A DNA stretch of 64,000 nt from assembly GCF_001194135.2 (NCBI RefSeq), contig NC_069003.1, positions 10,404,684-10,468,683 on the forward strand, in the 5' to 3' direction. Both the position numbers and the translations under genes were made by a program. The notes below the pieces were generated by a model that searched no databases, had not been told where the DNA came from, and saw only the letters and a list, made by a program, of their open reading frames with translations. Positions 12,841-25,688 of this stretch are shown one piece after another (position 1 is the first letter of the stretch; each line of letters opens with the position of its first letter). Origin of the DNA: Octopus bimaculoides (taxonomy: Eukaryota).

Positions 12841-13467
12841 TATTAGAGAGGAAAAAGCAAAACCAAGACAGAACATGTATGTCAAGTCATTGAGCATAAT
12901 TTAGTTAGGGTAAGGTGAATTTGAAGTCTTACAGCCATTTCTCGAATAACCCAGGTGGTAGGTTAGCACGTCCACTCACTGAGTATTTCGTCATCAGAGA
13001 CAAGGTATGAATATTTTAAGACGGGGAAAATTTACAGTTTACAAGGAATAAAATATATTCACAGTTTATAAAGAATAAAATAGAAGAATAAAGGAGTAAC
13101 TAGGAGAATAAAAAGTAAAGGTAGTTAGAAGAATATAGGCAGGAGAATAATGTTCATAACTTGTCTTTGTCCAGAGGATATCTATGCTGGTCGGTACTTC
13201 CATGAAGATACAGTTCTTTGGTTAAAATCACCTGAAAATCATTCTTTTATTCTTCTATTTTATTCCTTGTAAACTGTAAATTTTCCCCGTCTAAACTATT
13301 CATACCTTGTCTCTGATGGCGGAATACCCAGTGCGTGGGCATGTTAGCCTACCACTTGGGTTATCCCAGAAACGGTTGTAAGACTTCAAATTCACCTTAT
13401 CCCAATTAAATTATTCTGCATGACTGGAGATACTCGTTCTACCTTAGTTTTGCTTTTTCCTCTAATA
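12841..13467. mobile_element. Fold-back/MITE element with about 240-bp inverted arms
   Basis: tattagagaggaaaaagcaaaaccaag...ggggaaaatttacagtttacaaggaataaaata pairs with tattttattccttgtaaactgtaaattttccccg...cttagttttgctttttcctctaata. Flanked by (TA)n. Confidence 0.88.
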
Positions 13468-14275
13468 TATATATATATATATATATGTATGTATATTTAT
13501 TGTGCATGTTATTAGCAGATGTTTATATATAAATATGTGTGTTTTTATTTATGTGTATGTATATAATTTGTTTATATATGAGTATATATGTATGTATATA
13601 ATTTATTGTTTATATATGTGTATGTATGTATATAATCTATTTGTGTGTGTATATAATAGTATATATGTGTGCATATGTATATAATTTATGTATATGTGTG
13701 TATATGTATGTATATGATTTATTGTTTATATGTATATGTATATAATTTATTGTTTGTGTGTGTGTATGTGTTTATATGTATGTATATGATTGTTTATATA
13801 TATATGTATGTGTGTGTATATATATTTGTATGTACATAATTGTTTATATATATATATATATATATATATGCATGTCTGTGTATGGTTTATCACTATATAC
13901 ACATTTGTGTGTGCTGTTGCTTGTTAATTTATTAATATGTATATATTGTTGTTTATCAATATATATATGTGTGTGTGTTGTATTGAATGTTGTCTAATAA
14001 AACAGATATGAAGTGGAGTCTTTCATTCATTTCAACAAAGAATGGTAGCTCAATAGATGCCAATATCCAAGACACGAGAGTATGGTGGTGTATTTGAGGG
14101 AAGTTTAGCTGCTATTTTTGGCAGATCAATTAACCACATTGAGGTTTTCTTCCTCCCTCACATTATTACTCTTGTTGATGTTGTTTATCTCCAGGTGAGG
14201 CTTGGTTGAACAGAATTATGATCAAAGCCAGTCCAACCACGACCTTCATTTTGGATTTTTATATTTATATAAACA

Positions 14276-14680
14276 TAGGCGTAGGAGTGGCTGTGTGGTA
14301 AGTTGCTTGCTTACCAACCACATGGTCCCGGGTTCAGTCCCACTGCGTGGCGCCTTGGGCAAGTGTCTTCTACTATAGCCTTGGGCCGACCAAAGCCTTG
14401 TGAATGGATTTGGTAGATGGAAACTGAATGAAGCCCATCGTATATGTGTATATATATGTATATGTATATGTGTGTATATGTTTGTGTGTCTGTGTTTGTC
14501 CCCCCCAACATCGCTTGACAACCGATGCTGGTGTGTGTACGTCCCCGTAACTTAGCGGTTCGGCAAAAGAGAACGATAGAATAAGTACTAGGCTTACAAA
14601 GAATAAGTCCTGGGATCGATTTGCTCGACTAAAAGCGGTGCTCCAGCATGGCCACAGTCAAATGACTGAAACGAGTAAGA
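14276..14680 (+). mobile_element. SINE family A, full length
   Basis: aggcgtaggagtggctgtgtggtaag head through gactgaaacgagtaagag tail. Confidence 0.92.
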
Positions 14681-15019
14681 GTATATATTCAGACATACTA
14701 ACCTGGACTACATTATTCAGTGTATACCCTGCATTTTTTTTTTATATAATGCCTTCCTCATATTTTGAGACTTTTGGATGCTATTTCTAACAGATCAAGC
14801 AACCACTTTGAAGCTTGTTTTTGTTGTCATTAGCTTTGATTGAGCAGACCCTATGATCGAAGACATTCCAATTGTGACCATCCAATTGAGTGAGGGGTGG
14901 TTGTTTTTGTTTTGGTCATTGTCTAATCAGAGACACATCCAAATGTTTTTTTTTCCTCTTATGTCTTTTCTGAAGATAACAGGAGAGGAGTTATTTCAGG
15001 GAGATTCTTTCATGTGTTG

Positions 15020-15500
15020 AGGGCCTAGTGGTTAGGGTGTTGCACTCCCAATCACAAGGTCACAGTTTCAATTCCTTGACTGGGTGGTGCATTGTGTTCT
15101 TCAGCCAAACGTGTCATCTCTTGTTGCTCTGTGATCACTTCGACACCTGACATGAGGTACATTGTCCATCTGTTCAGGGTCACTTTGACACCTGATGTGA
15201 GGTACAGTGTGCATCTGTTCAGGATCATTTTGACACCTGGTGTGAGGTACATCATGCACTTGTACAGGATAACTTTGACACCTGATGTGAGGTACAGTGT
15301 GCATCTGTTCAGGCTCACTTCAACACCTGGTGTGAGGTACATCATGCACCTGCACAGGATCAATTTGACACCTGATGTGAAGTACATCGTACACCTGTTC
15401 AAGTAATGCCAATTTGATGGAGGGAGTGAGCTAATGGGCAGCACAAACATTTGATCCCTATAAACAAATCATCTTTGCAAGTCGTTCTGCCAGAAATTGC
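15020..15500 (+). mobile_element. tRNA-derived SINE family D carrying an expanded 45-bp minisatellite
   Basis: Head ggcctagtggttagggtgttg. Six 45-bp units at 15136-15405. The homologous copy at 34218-34520 has a single unit. Confidence 0.8.
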
Positions 15501-15788
15501 AAAACCATCTTTCTCAGTCTACCAAAGACTGCCATCATCTTTCATACAATAATTTGCATTGAGTTAATGCACACACGCACACATATATATTAATTTCAAA
15601 TTTTGGCACAAGGCCAGTAATCCCGGGGGTGATGTTTAGCTGATCTCATCAACTCTAGTGATCAACTAGTGCTTATTTTTTTTACCTCAAAAGGATGAAC
15701 CTTGGCAGAATTTGAACTCAGAACGTAACAATGGATGAAACACTGCTAAGCACTTTGCCCGGGGTGCTAACAAATCTGCCAGCTCAAT

Positions 15789-15828
<40 letters not shown>

Positions 15829-15944
15829 ACGCACACGCACACACACACACATATTAATAATTGTTTTTATGTCAAGTTGTTATAATGTTTTCATAAGTTT
15901 ACAAGTGGTTTTCATGCTTTAAGAATGGTCACTTGTTGCTCGAA

Positions 15945-16452
15945 GACTACTCTTGTTCAAGGTGACCGTCAATCTCCTGAATGAATGAAAGCATCATCAA
16001 AATTCATGAACTGATTTTGGAGGACAGTCTTTGAACAATTGATGAACTTGTTGATACAGCTGGTGTGTCCTGGAGCTCCTACCAATGAATTTGGAGCAAG
16101 GAATTGTGAATTAATAGAGTTGCAGCAAAATTTGTGTCTCACTTGCTCATGGAAATCAAAAGCAGTCATGACTCAATGCGTGTCGTGAACTGAAAGAACA
16201 GTTAGGTCATCACTAGTGATTAAAACTGGTACTACGGAATTTGAAGATGGGGAAGAGGTAAAGGAAAAACAACAGAGGCGTTTAAAAGCATCACTTCACA
16301 AGAGTTCTAGCACTTCCTCCAACAGTACAAAACGTGCCTGGACCGATGCATTGCTTCAAATGGAGAATACTTTGAAGGCAATAAAAGCGTAAACGTAAAA
16401 ATGAATACATTAATATTGCAAAATTCCGGTTTATTTTGGGGGTACCCCTTCA
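15945..16452 (+). mobile_element. Internally deleted mariner transposon
   Basis: Decayed transposase motifs RVAAKFVxxLL, ITxDxxWxY and CLDRCIASNGEYFEG; TIR-like end ccggtttattttgggggtacccttcata. Confidence 0.8.
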
Positions 16453-16717
16453 TATATATTTTTCTTTTTACTTGTTTCAGTCATTAGACTGTGGCCATGC
16501 TGGGGTACTGCCTTGAAGAATTTTTAGTCAAATGTATTGACCCCAGTACTTATGTTTTTAAAAACCTGGTTCTTATTCTATTGTCTCATTTGCTGAACCA
16601 CTAAGTTACAAGGATGTAAACACACCAACATCAGTTGTCAAACAGTGGAGGGGGACAAACGCACACACACATGTATATGTATGTATGTGTGTATATCTAT
16701 CTATCTCTCTCTCTCTC

Positions 16718-16777
<60 letters not shown>

Positions 16778-17360
16778 NNNNNNNNNNNNNNNNNNNNNNN
16801 NNNNNNNNNNNNNNNNNNNNNNNNNNNNNNNNNNNNNNNNNNNNNNNNNNNNNNNNNNNNNNNNNNNNNNNNNNNNNNNNNNNNNNNNNNNNNNNNNNNN
16901 NNNNNNNNNNNNNNNNNNNNNNNNNNNNNNNNNNNNNNNNNNNNNNNNNNNNNNNNNNNNNNNNNNNNNNNNNNNNNNNNNNNNNNNNNNNNNNNNNNNN
17001 NNNNNNNNNNNNNNNNNNNNNNNNNNNNNNNNNNNNNNNNNNNNNNNNNNNNNNNNNNNNNNNNNNNNNNNNNNNNNNNNNNNNNNNNNNNNNNNNNNNN
17101 NNNNNNNNNNNNNNNNNNNNNNNNNNNNNNNNNNNNNNNNNNNNNNNNNNNNNNNNNNNNNNNNNNNNNNNNNNNNNNNNNNNNNNNNNNNNNNNNNNNN
17201 NNNNNNNNNNNNNNNNNNNNNNNNNNNNNNNNNNNNNNNNNNNNNNNNNNNNNNNNNNNNNNNNNNNNNNNNNNNNNNNNNNNNNNNNNNNNNNNNNNNN
17301 NNNNNNNNNNNNNNNNNNNNNNNNNNNNNNNNNNNNNNNNNNNNNNNNNNNNNNNNNNNN

Positions 17361-17392
<32 letters not shown>

Positions 17393-17425
17393 GCACATGC
17401 TCACACACACAGTTATAACACTAAA

Positions 17426-17469
<44 letters not shown>

Positions 17470-17870
17470 TTCACATGCATACGAAAACACACATACCACA
17501 TATACACAGGAAAACTCACTCACAGGCATAAGGCAGACACACATACATGTGGATTGTGTCAAAACAAACATTCATATGCAAACACATACAAGCACATAAA
17601 CATGCACGCATGCGCACACACACAGGCATTGTGCCAACAGCATGCACATACAAATATACATGCACATACAAATATATATACACACATATACATACACACG
17701 CACATACAAACATACACATACATACAAACATACATACATACAAACATACACACACACATACAAACATACACACACATACACACACAAACATGCATACACG
17801 CTCACACACATACACGCTCACACGCATACATGTTCACACATACATACACATACAAATGTACAGATACAAA

Positions 17871-17910
<40 letters not shown>

Positions 17911-18221
17911 TGTGTATGTGTGTGTGAGTACCTTTGACCTCTAATTAGCAATTAGCACGTAAAATTCTCTAATTATAACCATTTCACCGTAGTGACATCT
18001 GTCTTCTTGGTGGTCTTGTGACACAGACATACACCTTCCACCACCACCATCCATCCTTGCCCCCTCCCCACTCTCACTCCAGGCCTTGTTGAGCTCTGAC
18101 TCCCCCCTCTCATCACACCCTTCCTCCCACTACACCCCACAATACTATTGTATACTAAACAATAACTGCCATAGTTGTTCTTTTAAAGCTGGTCGTTGTT
18201 GTTGCTGGACAACAAGATCCA

Positions 18222-18687
18222 ACCTTTATGTGGTCATCAGAGGTGCTAGAAATAACAGCCAAATTTTCTTCAATGAAAGGGTACATTAAATAATATAGTC
18301 TAGATGGTCAGATGTGGATTTCCTTTGATTATAGGTCTGCTTGATAAGAGCCAACCTGGGGCTAAACAGCAACGGCAACATGATTGAGCTTTTATAGATT
18401 ACCAGAGCTGCTAGAAATAATAGCCAAATCTTCTTCAGATCACACCTTATTGTCTTAAGTAAAAGAAGTGTACATTAGACCATGTAGTCCTATGTAGCAC
18501 TAGTAAGATAAGATGGTCATGTGTGGATTTCCTTTGATCAGGGCTGACTTGGGAGCTAAACAAGAAGATTGAGTCTCTACATAACCACCAGAGCTGCTAG
18601 AGATATCAGACAAATCACATCTTCAAATCACATCTTAATTTCTTAACGAAGATAATCTAGATAATCTAGTCCTACATGGCACATCCT
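18222..18687. repeat. About 3 tandem copies of a dispersed repeat (ctctatgtggtca...gctagaaatagcagccaaatc)
   Basis: Same motif at about 10540, 14085, 20418, 46380-46710, 49160 and 56610. Confidence 0.65.
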
Positions 18688-19072
18688 GTGGAGGCGCAAT
18701 GGCACAGTGGTTAGGGCAGCGGACTCGCGGTCATAGGATCGCGGTTTCGATTCCCAGACTGGGCGTTGTGAGTGTTTATTGAGCGAAAACACCTAAAGCT
18801 CCATGTGGCTCCGGCAAGGGATGGTGACGAACCCTGCTGTACTCTTTCACCACAACTTTCTCTCACTCTTACTTCCTGTTTCTGTTGTGCCTGTAATTCA
18901 AAGGGTCAGCCTTGTCACACTGTGTCACGCTGAATATCCCCGAGAACTACGTTAAGGGTACACATGTCTGTGGAGTGCTCAGCCACTTGCACGTTAATTT
19001 CACGAGCAGGCTGTTCCGTTGATCAGATCAACTGGAACCCTCGACGTCGTAAGCGACGGAGTGCCAGCAACA
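18688..19072 (+). mobile_element. SINE family C, full length, with TSD
   Basis: 14-bp TSD acatggcacatcct at 18674-18687 and 19073-19086. Confidence 0.95.
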
Positions 19073-19314
19073 ACATGGCACATCCTACAACAGGATGGTT
19101 ATGCTTGGTCTGCTCAATCAGAGCTGATCTAGTGCTCAACAACAAGAGTTACTGAAGGTACCTCAATGCCAGTGGTTTCTAACTGGGATACTGCCACACC
19201 CTATAGCAGGGGTTCACAACAAGTGGGCCATTAATGTGTTCTTATTCCAATGGATGGGGGGCTCCTAGGGTGCCATTATCTAATAGGAGGAATAAAATAG
19301 GATGGTCATAAATG

Positions 19315-19650
19315 GAAGGCATAAGGCTCAGTGGTTAGAACACCAGGCTCTCAATCATGAGGTAGTGAGTTTAATTCCCAGACCAGGCTGTGTGTTGTGT
19401 TCTTGAGCAAGACACTTTATTTCACATTGCTCCTGTTTACTCAGCTGTAGAAATGAGTTGCAACATCCCTGGTGCCAAGCTGTATCGGCCCCTTTTGCCT
19501 TTCCCTTGGATAACTTCGGTGGCATGGAGAGGGGAGGCTGGTAAGCATGGGTGATTGCTGGTCTTCCATAAACAGCCTTGCCTGGACATGTGCCTCAGAG
19601 GGTAACTTTCTAGGTGCAATCTCTTGGTCATTCATGACTGAAAGGGGGTC
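19315..19650 (+). mobile_element. tRNA-derived SINE (family D-related)
   Basis: Head ggctcagtggttaga; central ttgtgttcttgagcaagacactttatttcacattgctcc. Reverse copy at about 41985-42245. Confidence 0.8.
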
Positions 19651-20469
19651 TTTTCCCTTTATCCATAAATAGAATGCTTTTGATCATCGGTCTTCATGAA
19701 TAGAAGTTCTCAAGATCCTATAGAATAGAAGTTCTCAAACTTTTTGGGCCACTGCCCCCCTCATAGCCACATATTACCCTCAGCGCCCCCNNNNNNNNNN
19801 NNNNNNNNNNNNNNNNNNNNNNNNNNNNNNNNNNNNNNNNNNNNNNNNNNNNNNNNNNNNNNNNNNNNNNNNNNNNNNNNNNNNNNNNNNNNNNNNNNNN
19901 NNNNNNNNNNNNNNNNNNNNNNNNNNNNNNNNNNNNNNNNNNNNNNNNNNNNNNNNNNNNNNNNNNNNNNNNNNNNNNNNNNNNNNNNNNNNNNNNNNNN
20001 NNNNNNNNNNNNNNNNNNNNNNNNNNNNNNNNNNNNNNNNNNNNNNNNNNNNNNNNNNNNNNNNNNNNNNNNNNNNNNNNNNNNNNNNNNNNNNNNNNNN
20101 NNNNNNNNNNNNNNNNNNNNNNNNNNNNNNNNNNNNNNNNNNNNNNNNNNNNNNNNNNNNNNNNNNNNNNNNNNNNNNNNNNNNNNNNNNNNNNNNNNNN
20201 NNNNNNNNNNNNNNNNNNNNNNNNNNNNNNNNNNNNNNNNNNNNNNNNNNNNNNNNNNNNNNNNNNNNNNNNNNNNNNNNNNNNNNNNNNNNNNNNNNNN
20301 NNNNNNNNNNNNNNNNNNNNNNNNNNNNNNNNNNNNNNNNNNNNNNNNNNNNNNNNNNNNNNNNNNNNNNNNNNNNNNNNNNNNNNAACATACACATATG
20401 AAAATAAAGTCAATGAGGAACCTATATGTGGTCACTCGATCTGCTAGAAATAACAACCAGATAGTCTTC

Positions 20470-21220
20470 CAATCACATGCTATTGTCTTAAAAAGGGCCT
20501 GTTGGATAATACCTCCATCACCCCCAGGGCCAGTATTGAGTCCATACCATAAAAAAAAATGGTGCTAAGTGAGGCAGATTTCCACAATTGTGGGGGGGGG
20601 GGCATTGCCTGCCCATGATCGTGCCATTCAGTGAATACTCCACTGGCTACAGTAACAGAAGAGTACCAAAGATGAAGAAGAGGTACAAGAACTCTCTGAA
20701 GAAATTCCCTGGTGCCTCTCACAGTGACCACTGCCAGTGGTCTACCATAGTCTCTGACCAGAAGGCCTGATAATACACCATTCACCTGTATGTCTTCTTC
20801 CAGAATGCTCACAGGGAATGCTCCTTGAGGACAGAAGCTCTATGGTAGAAGAACTGCAACCAGGGCTCCCTTTGCAGCATTATAGGCCTTTAGGTGAATC
20901 AATGCACTGGAGCCCTATAGTATTTATTTATCAAGTGCCAGTCACAGATATGAATTGGGCCCCTAAACTTATGAGGGTCTCTGGACAAACTGCCCTGTGT
21001 GTCCATGCCTTAACGCAGCACTGACTGCAACATTACAGCAATGCACCCAACACTGGATTTTTCCATTGCAGATGTGACCAGACTTGCATGTTCCATGTTG
21101 ACCTTGTTGACCTACTGTTGATGTGGATAGTCTTCCTCCTGAACCGTCAGTCATCAAGCCAAGTCAAAGGGATAATGATCATGACAATAAGAAGGAGGCA
21201 GACATTTGATGATGATGATG
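20470..21220 (+). pseudogene. RTE-BovB-type LINE 3' remnant
   Basis: KKRYKNSLKKFPGASHSDHCQWSTIVSDQKA matches the BovB C-terminal KRxKDxLK...WxxxAxDRxxW pattern. Ends with aagccaagtcaa and a (GAT)n tail. Confidence 0.65.
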
Positions 21221-21228
21221 TTGACAAC

Positions 21229-21650
21229 TCTTTTACTCTTTTACTTGTTTCAGTCCTTTGACTGCGGCCATGCTGGAGTACAGCCTTTGGTCGAGCAAAT
21301 CGACCCCAGGACTTATTCTTTGGAAGCCTAGTACTTATTCTATCGGTCTCTTTTGCCGAACTGCTAAGTTACGGGGACGTAAACACACCAGCATCGGTTG
21401 TCAAGCGATGTTGGGGGGACAAACACACACATACAAACACACACATACACACACATATATATATATATATACATATACATGTATACGACAGGCTTCTTTC
21501 AGTTTCCGTCTACCAAATCCACTCACAAGGCTTTGGTCAGCCCGAGGCTATAGTAGAAGACACTTGCCCAAGGTGCCACACAGTGGGACTGAACCCGGAA
21601 CCATGTGGTTGGTAGACAAGCTACTTACCACACAGCCACTCCTGCGCCTA
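21229..21650 (-). mobile_element. SINE family A, full length, with approximate TSD
   Basis: Near-consensus reverse copy, flanked by tgatgatgatgttgacaac / tgatgataatgttgaaaac. Further partial reverse copies at about 16465, 22628, 24405, 43545, 48545 and 63068. Confidence 0.92.
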
Positions 21651-21825
21651 TGATGATAATGTTGAAAACAATGATGATGTAGATGATGAGGATTATTATA
21701 TAACATCAAAGCTCTTTCAACAGATATCCTGTGACATCATCATCAATTCTCTATCTTGTGTGTCTCCTTTGGTTCTGCTTTTTCCATTTTGTCTTCCTGT
21801 GGTGTATATCCCTACAATAATAATA

Positions 21826-22040
21826 ATAAGAGCACTCAGAGAGCGCAAACCTCCACCAAGGCAACACCAATGTCCTCTCAACGATTAGCCAGAGATGATT
21901 TTTAAAATGAGAATATCTGAAAAAAACTTGACTGCTCTTACAAACAAGAATACTGAAAATGAACCTGACCACTCTCAAAAATGAAGTAAAAAACCAGAAA
22001 AATAATCCAGAATCCTTGTCCAGTATCTGATCAATCCCAA
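21826..22040 (-). mobile_element. 5'-truncated DINE-1/HINE-like element
   Basis: Reverse complement of the 3' half of the element at 32211-32585. Confidence 0.8.
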
Positions 22041-22235
22041 TGGTAGTCATGGAATGTGAAGGTGGGAGTTCAGGCCATGTTTGTAATGCTGTGCGTGTGT
22101 CGTCTGCAGTGGGAACAGAGACAGTTTTCTCTATGAAGGCCTTTTTTAGTCTATCCACTGAAATAGTGTCTTTACGACCATTAAGGTCTATAGTGAAAAA
22201 TTTATCTGCATGAAAGAAAATGGAAAGGACCTGCA
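22041..22235 (-). pseudogene. Ty3/Gypsy integrase C-terminal fragment
   Basis: DKFFTIDLNGRKDTISVDRLKKAF matches the Gypsy pol tail DKxFxxxxNGxxxxVSxDRLKPA. Confidence 0.75.
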
Positions 22236-22245
22236 TACAGTGTTT

Positions 22246-22277
<32 letters not shown>

Positions 22278-22308
22278 ATATCATGAATGTATTTTCTTGT
22301 TTTGCCAG

Positions 22309-22537
22309 GAATGTGACTTGTCACATCTGATAACAGAGAAATCCAACAGCAAGAAGGTACTGGACAGTGTCCGAAATAGTGTCCAGTATATTCTCAAATG
22401 CTTCTTTCATTTCCTCACCTGCGGCTGTTGCTATGCTGACAACAAGCAGTTTGGATTCATAGGAAATCTTTATGACCACGAGCCATCAGAGATGGAGAAG
22501 CAGGCCCTTGTGAATCTGTTGCGTTACTTGGAGACAG
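22309..22537 (+). CDS. VAC8-like: Vac8-like ARM protein exon (ECDLSH...FLTCGCCY...EMEKQALVNLLRYLET)
   Basis: Acceptor ttgttttgccag, donor acag|gtcagt, 229 nt, phase 0 to 1. EMEKQALVNLLRYLE resembles Vac8 DNEREAVxxLLxYLE. Confidence 0.85.
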
Positions 22538-24165
22538 GTCAGTAAATATTTGGTCCCTTGGAAACTGCTGTTGATCATGATGATGATGATAATGTTGTTG
22601 TTGTTATTAGAACATCGTCTTTTATTTTTTACTTGTTTCACTCATTGGACTGCGGCCACGCTGGAGCACTGCCTTTGAAGGGCTTTTGGTTGAACACATC
22701 ACTACTAGTACTTAGTTTTTTTCTTTTTTAAGCCTGGTTCTTATTCTAGCAGTCTCTTTTGCTGAACCACTAAGTTATGGGGGACATAAACAAACCAACA
22801 CTGATTGTCAAGCTGTGGTAAGGAACAAACAAAGCACACACACACACACATGCATGCACATACACACATGTACACACACACACACATGCACATACACACA
22901 TGTATGCACTCACACACACGTGTGCGCGAAGGTGTGAAGGCACATAGCTTAGTGGTTAGAGTGTTGCACTCATGAACACTAGATTGTAGGTTCAATTCCC
23001 AGACTGAGCAGCAGGTTGTCTTCTTGAGCAAAACACTTCATTTTCTTGTTGCTCCTGTCCACACAGATATAAATGGTTAACCCTGACAGAACAGACCTCA
23101 ATCAAGGAGAATGTTGACCTGCTCACCAAGCAAGAGGTGGAGTACCATCTAAAAGCTAAAGTGATGCGAAGCACATTGTGACCAGCGATGTATAACAACA
23201 TTCAATAGTCTGCCCAAACACACGCACGCACACACACACACACACTCTGAGGGCAGGCTTCCTTACAGTTTTCACCTATGAAATCCACTCACATGGTAAT
23301 TTGTCAGCCTGGGGTTATTATTGATGATACTTTATTTCATTTCATTGGCCATGACGTCCTTACATAGAAGAAAAAGAAGCTGCGGGGCTGGGCAAAGACA
23401 TAATGGTATGTGTAATGGAAATGATAATATTGAATAAATGGGGGGGGGGGAACAAGCAACGCCCACCAATCGCTCAATCCCCGAAAACATTGTTCTCTTA
23501 GGTGAGGCAACAAGCCTCTTACAAATGTTCATACTGTTCATAATACATATCATTGAGGCTTTTTCGCCTCTCATACATATCCCTCTTCATTACTTGTGTG
23601 TCTGGTTTCGAGTGGCTTGTCGGCATCGCCCGGCCACACGTGAAACATTTCTCTGATGCAATACTGCATTATTGATGATACTTACTCAAGGCACAATGCA
23701 GCAGGACTGAACTCCAAAACTAAGTGATTACAAGGTGAGTTTCTTAACCACAGAACCGTTTTCCTAATTGGAGAGCAAAAAACAAGTTCCAGGTTCAAAC
23801 CAAGGCAAGGACATGCAACTGATATCAACACAGAATATTAACAATGTATATTAAAATGTTAAAATACTGGTTTCAAATTTTGGCACAGGGCCACCAAATT
23901 TTAGGGGAGGGAAGAGTCAATTACATCAACCCCAGTTTTCAACAGGTACTTATTTTATTGACCCTGAAAAGATGAAAGGTAAAGTGGACCTCAGTGGAAT
24001 TTGAACCCAGAGCATAAAGATAGACAAAATGCCATGTAATATTTTGTCGACCACTCTAACAATTCTTCTCGGTAGTTACCTTTAAAAAAATGTCAAAATA
24101 TCAATGATTTGTGATTTGATTAACTTTGATTGGTATTGAACCTATGCTGCTTTGTTTTATTTCAG

Positions 24166-24282
24166 AGGAAAGTCCGACCATCGAGTTCCCACATTTGATC
24201 TCATTACGTATTCTCATCTACTCGGATAATATTGAACTACAATTATCAGCAGCCCTTTTTTATTTGGAGATTAGCGAAAGAA
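24166..24282 (+). CDS. VAC8-like: Vac8-like exon (EESPTIEFPHLISLRILIYSDNIELQLSAALFYLEISER)
   Basis: Acceptor ttttatttcag, donor agaa|gtgagt, 117 nt, phase 1-1. YSDNxxLQxSAAL...EISE matches the Vac8 motif YSDNLNLQRSAALAFAEITE. Confidence 0.92.
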
Positions 24283-25024
24283 GTGAGTAAAGCTTAAAGA
24301 TTGTAACGATGTTGCTTGTGTGTTTATTATAAGGGGGTAAGTCAGAAATTATACGTACTCGTGTTTCTGTAATTGATTAAAACAAAAGCAAGGATTAAAC
24401 AATTCTTTTACTTGTTTCAGTCATTTGACTGCAGCCATGCTGGAGCACCGCCTTTAGTCAAGCAAATCGACCCCAGGACTTATTCTTTGTAAGCCTAGTA
24501 CTTATTCTATCGGTCTCTTTTGCCGAACCGCTAAGTTACGGGGACGTAAGCACACCAGCATCGGTTGTCCAGCAATGTTGGGGGGACAAACACAGACACA
24601 CAAACCTAAAAAAAGTTTTGGTGAAAGTGCAATAATTTTTGACTTCCCCTTGTATTTAACCTTTCCATACCAACCTGCTTGAGATCACCCCTGGTTCTAT
24701 GACACAAACTTCTTGTTTGAAAGTAATCTAAATTAAAATCTTCTTCTATAAAAATTTCATGTCAGTCAGTTCCAAACATCAGTTTAATAATGACGNNNNN
24801 NNNNNNNNNNNNNNNNNNNNNNNNNNNNNNNNNNNNNNNNNNNNNNNNNNNNNNNNNNNNNNNNNNNNNNNNNNNNNNNNNNNNNNNNNNNNNNNNNNNN
24901 NNNNNNNNNNNNNNNNNNNNNNNNNNNNNNNNNNNNNNNNNNNNNNNNNNNNNNNNNNNNNNNNNNNNNNNNNNNNNNNNNNNNNNNNNNNNNNNNNNNN
25001 NNNNNNNNNNNNNNNNNNNNNNNN

Positions 25025-25196
25025 CAACAAAAAGAATGACGGTCTGACCATCTGCCAAGCAAATGGGAAGCAGTAATTGAAGTAGATGGTGAATATGCTC
25101 CAGAATAATCATTTAAAGATGTTTTTGTTACATGTTGTTGTTTTTGTGAATAAAATTTGTTGAAAAAAGCCGCAATAATTATGCCCCAATCCAATA
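25025..25196 (+). mobile_element. Mariner 3' end
   Basis: DHLPSKWEAVIEVDGEYAPE* followed by a TIR-like end aattatgccccaatccaata; truncated by a gap. Confidence 0.7.
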
Positions 25197-25568
25197 TATT
25201 TCTACAGAAATATGGTAATAAACTGGTTAACTATTAAATGACTCTGTTTACGAGTTCTGTAACTCACCTGAGATTGCCCCTTGGTTCTATAATACAAATT
25301 AGCTGGTTTGAAGCGATCTAAATTAAAATCTTCTTCTATAAAAATTTCATGTCAGTCAGTTCCAAACATCAGTTTAATAATGACGAAGTTGTTTTACTAA
25401 ATTCTTCATTATTTTAAAAATTAAATGAAACAAAGGCAGTGTATTTCAATAGGAACTTGGTAACAAAAAAGGTTAACCATCACCTTGCTCCACAATTTCT
25501 TTATTACATTATTATGACTATATACATGCCTGGATCTAAGTTTTTGCCATATTTGTTTGTTGTTTTAG

Positions 25569-25688
25569 TTGATGACTGCCCAACAAGTGTTACCCTATCA
25601 CCTCTCATAGACTTATTGCGGAGGAAAGATGACCGACTCAACAGAATCACAACACAGGCTCTAAGTAACTTCTTGATGAGAATGCCAG
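25569..25688 (+). CDS. VAC8-like: Vac8-like exon, ARM repeat (IDDCPTSVTLSPLIDLLRRKDDRLNRITTQALSNFLMRMP)
   Basis: Acceptor gttgttttag, donor ccag|gtaaaa, 120 nt, phase 1-1. ARM pattern LxPLIxLL...ALSN. Confidence 0.88.

Noticed and set aside
16635-17599. Long ORFs spanning N-runs (also at 19.7-20.5, 24.8, 26.6-27.7, 33.3, 47.7, 49.4-50.0, 59.0 and 60.2-61.1 kb)
   Set aside because: They are open only because N codons contain no stops; these are assembly gaps.
21751-22284. 177-aa minus-strand ORF
   Set aside because: A chimera of a (TAG)n tract, a Gypsy integrase fragment and a HINE-like element.
24731-25385. Identical ~65-bp stretch on both sides of gap 24796-25024
   Set aside because: It belongs to a dispersed, tandem-prone repeat family (also at 260-640 and 48780-48945) and may be a contig-end artefact.
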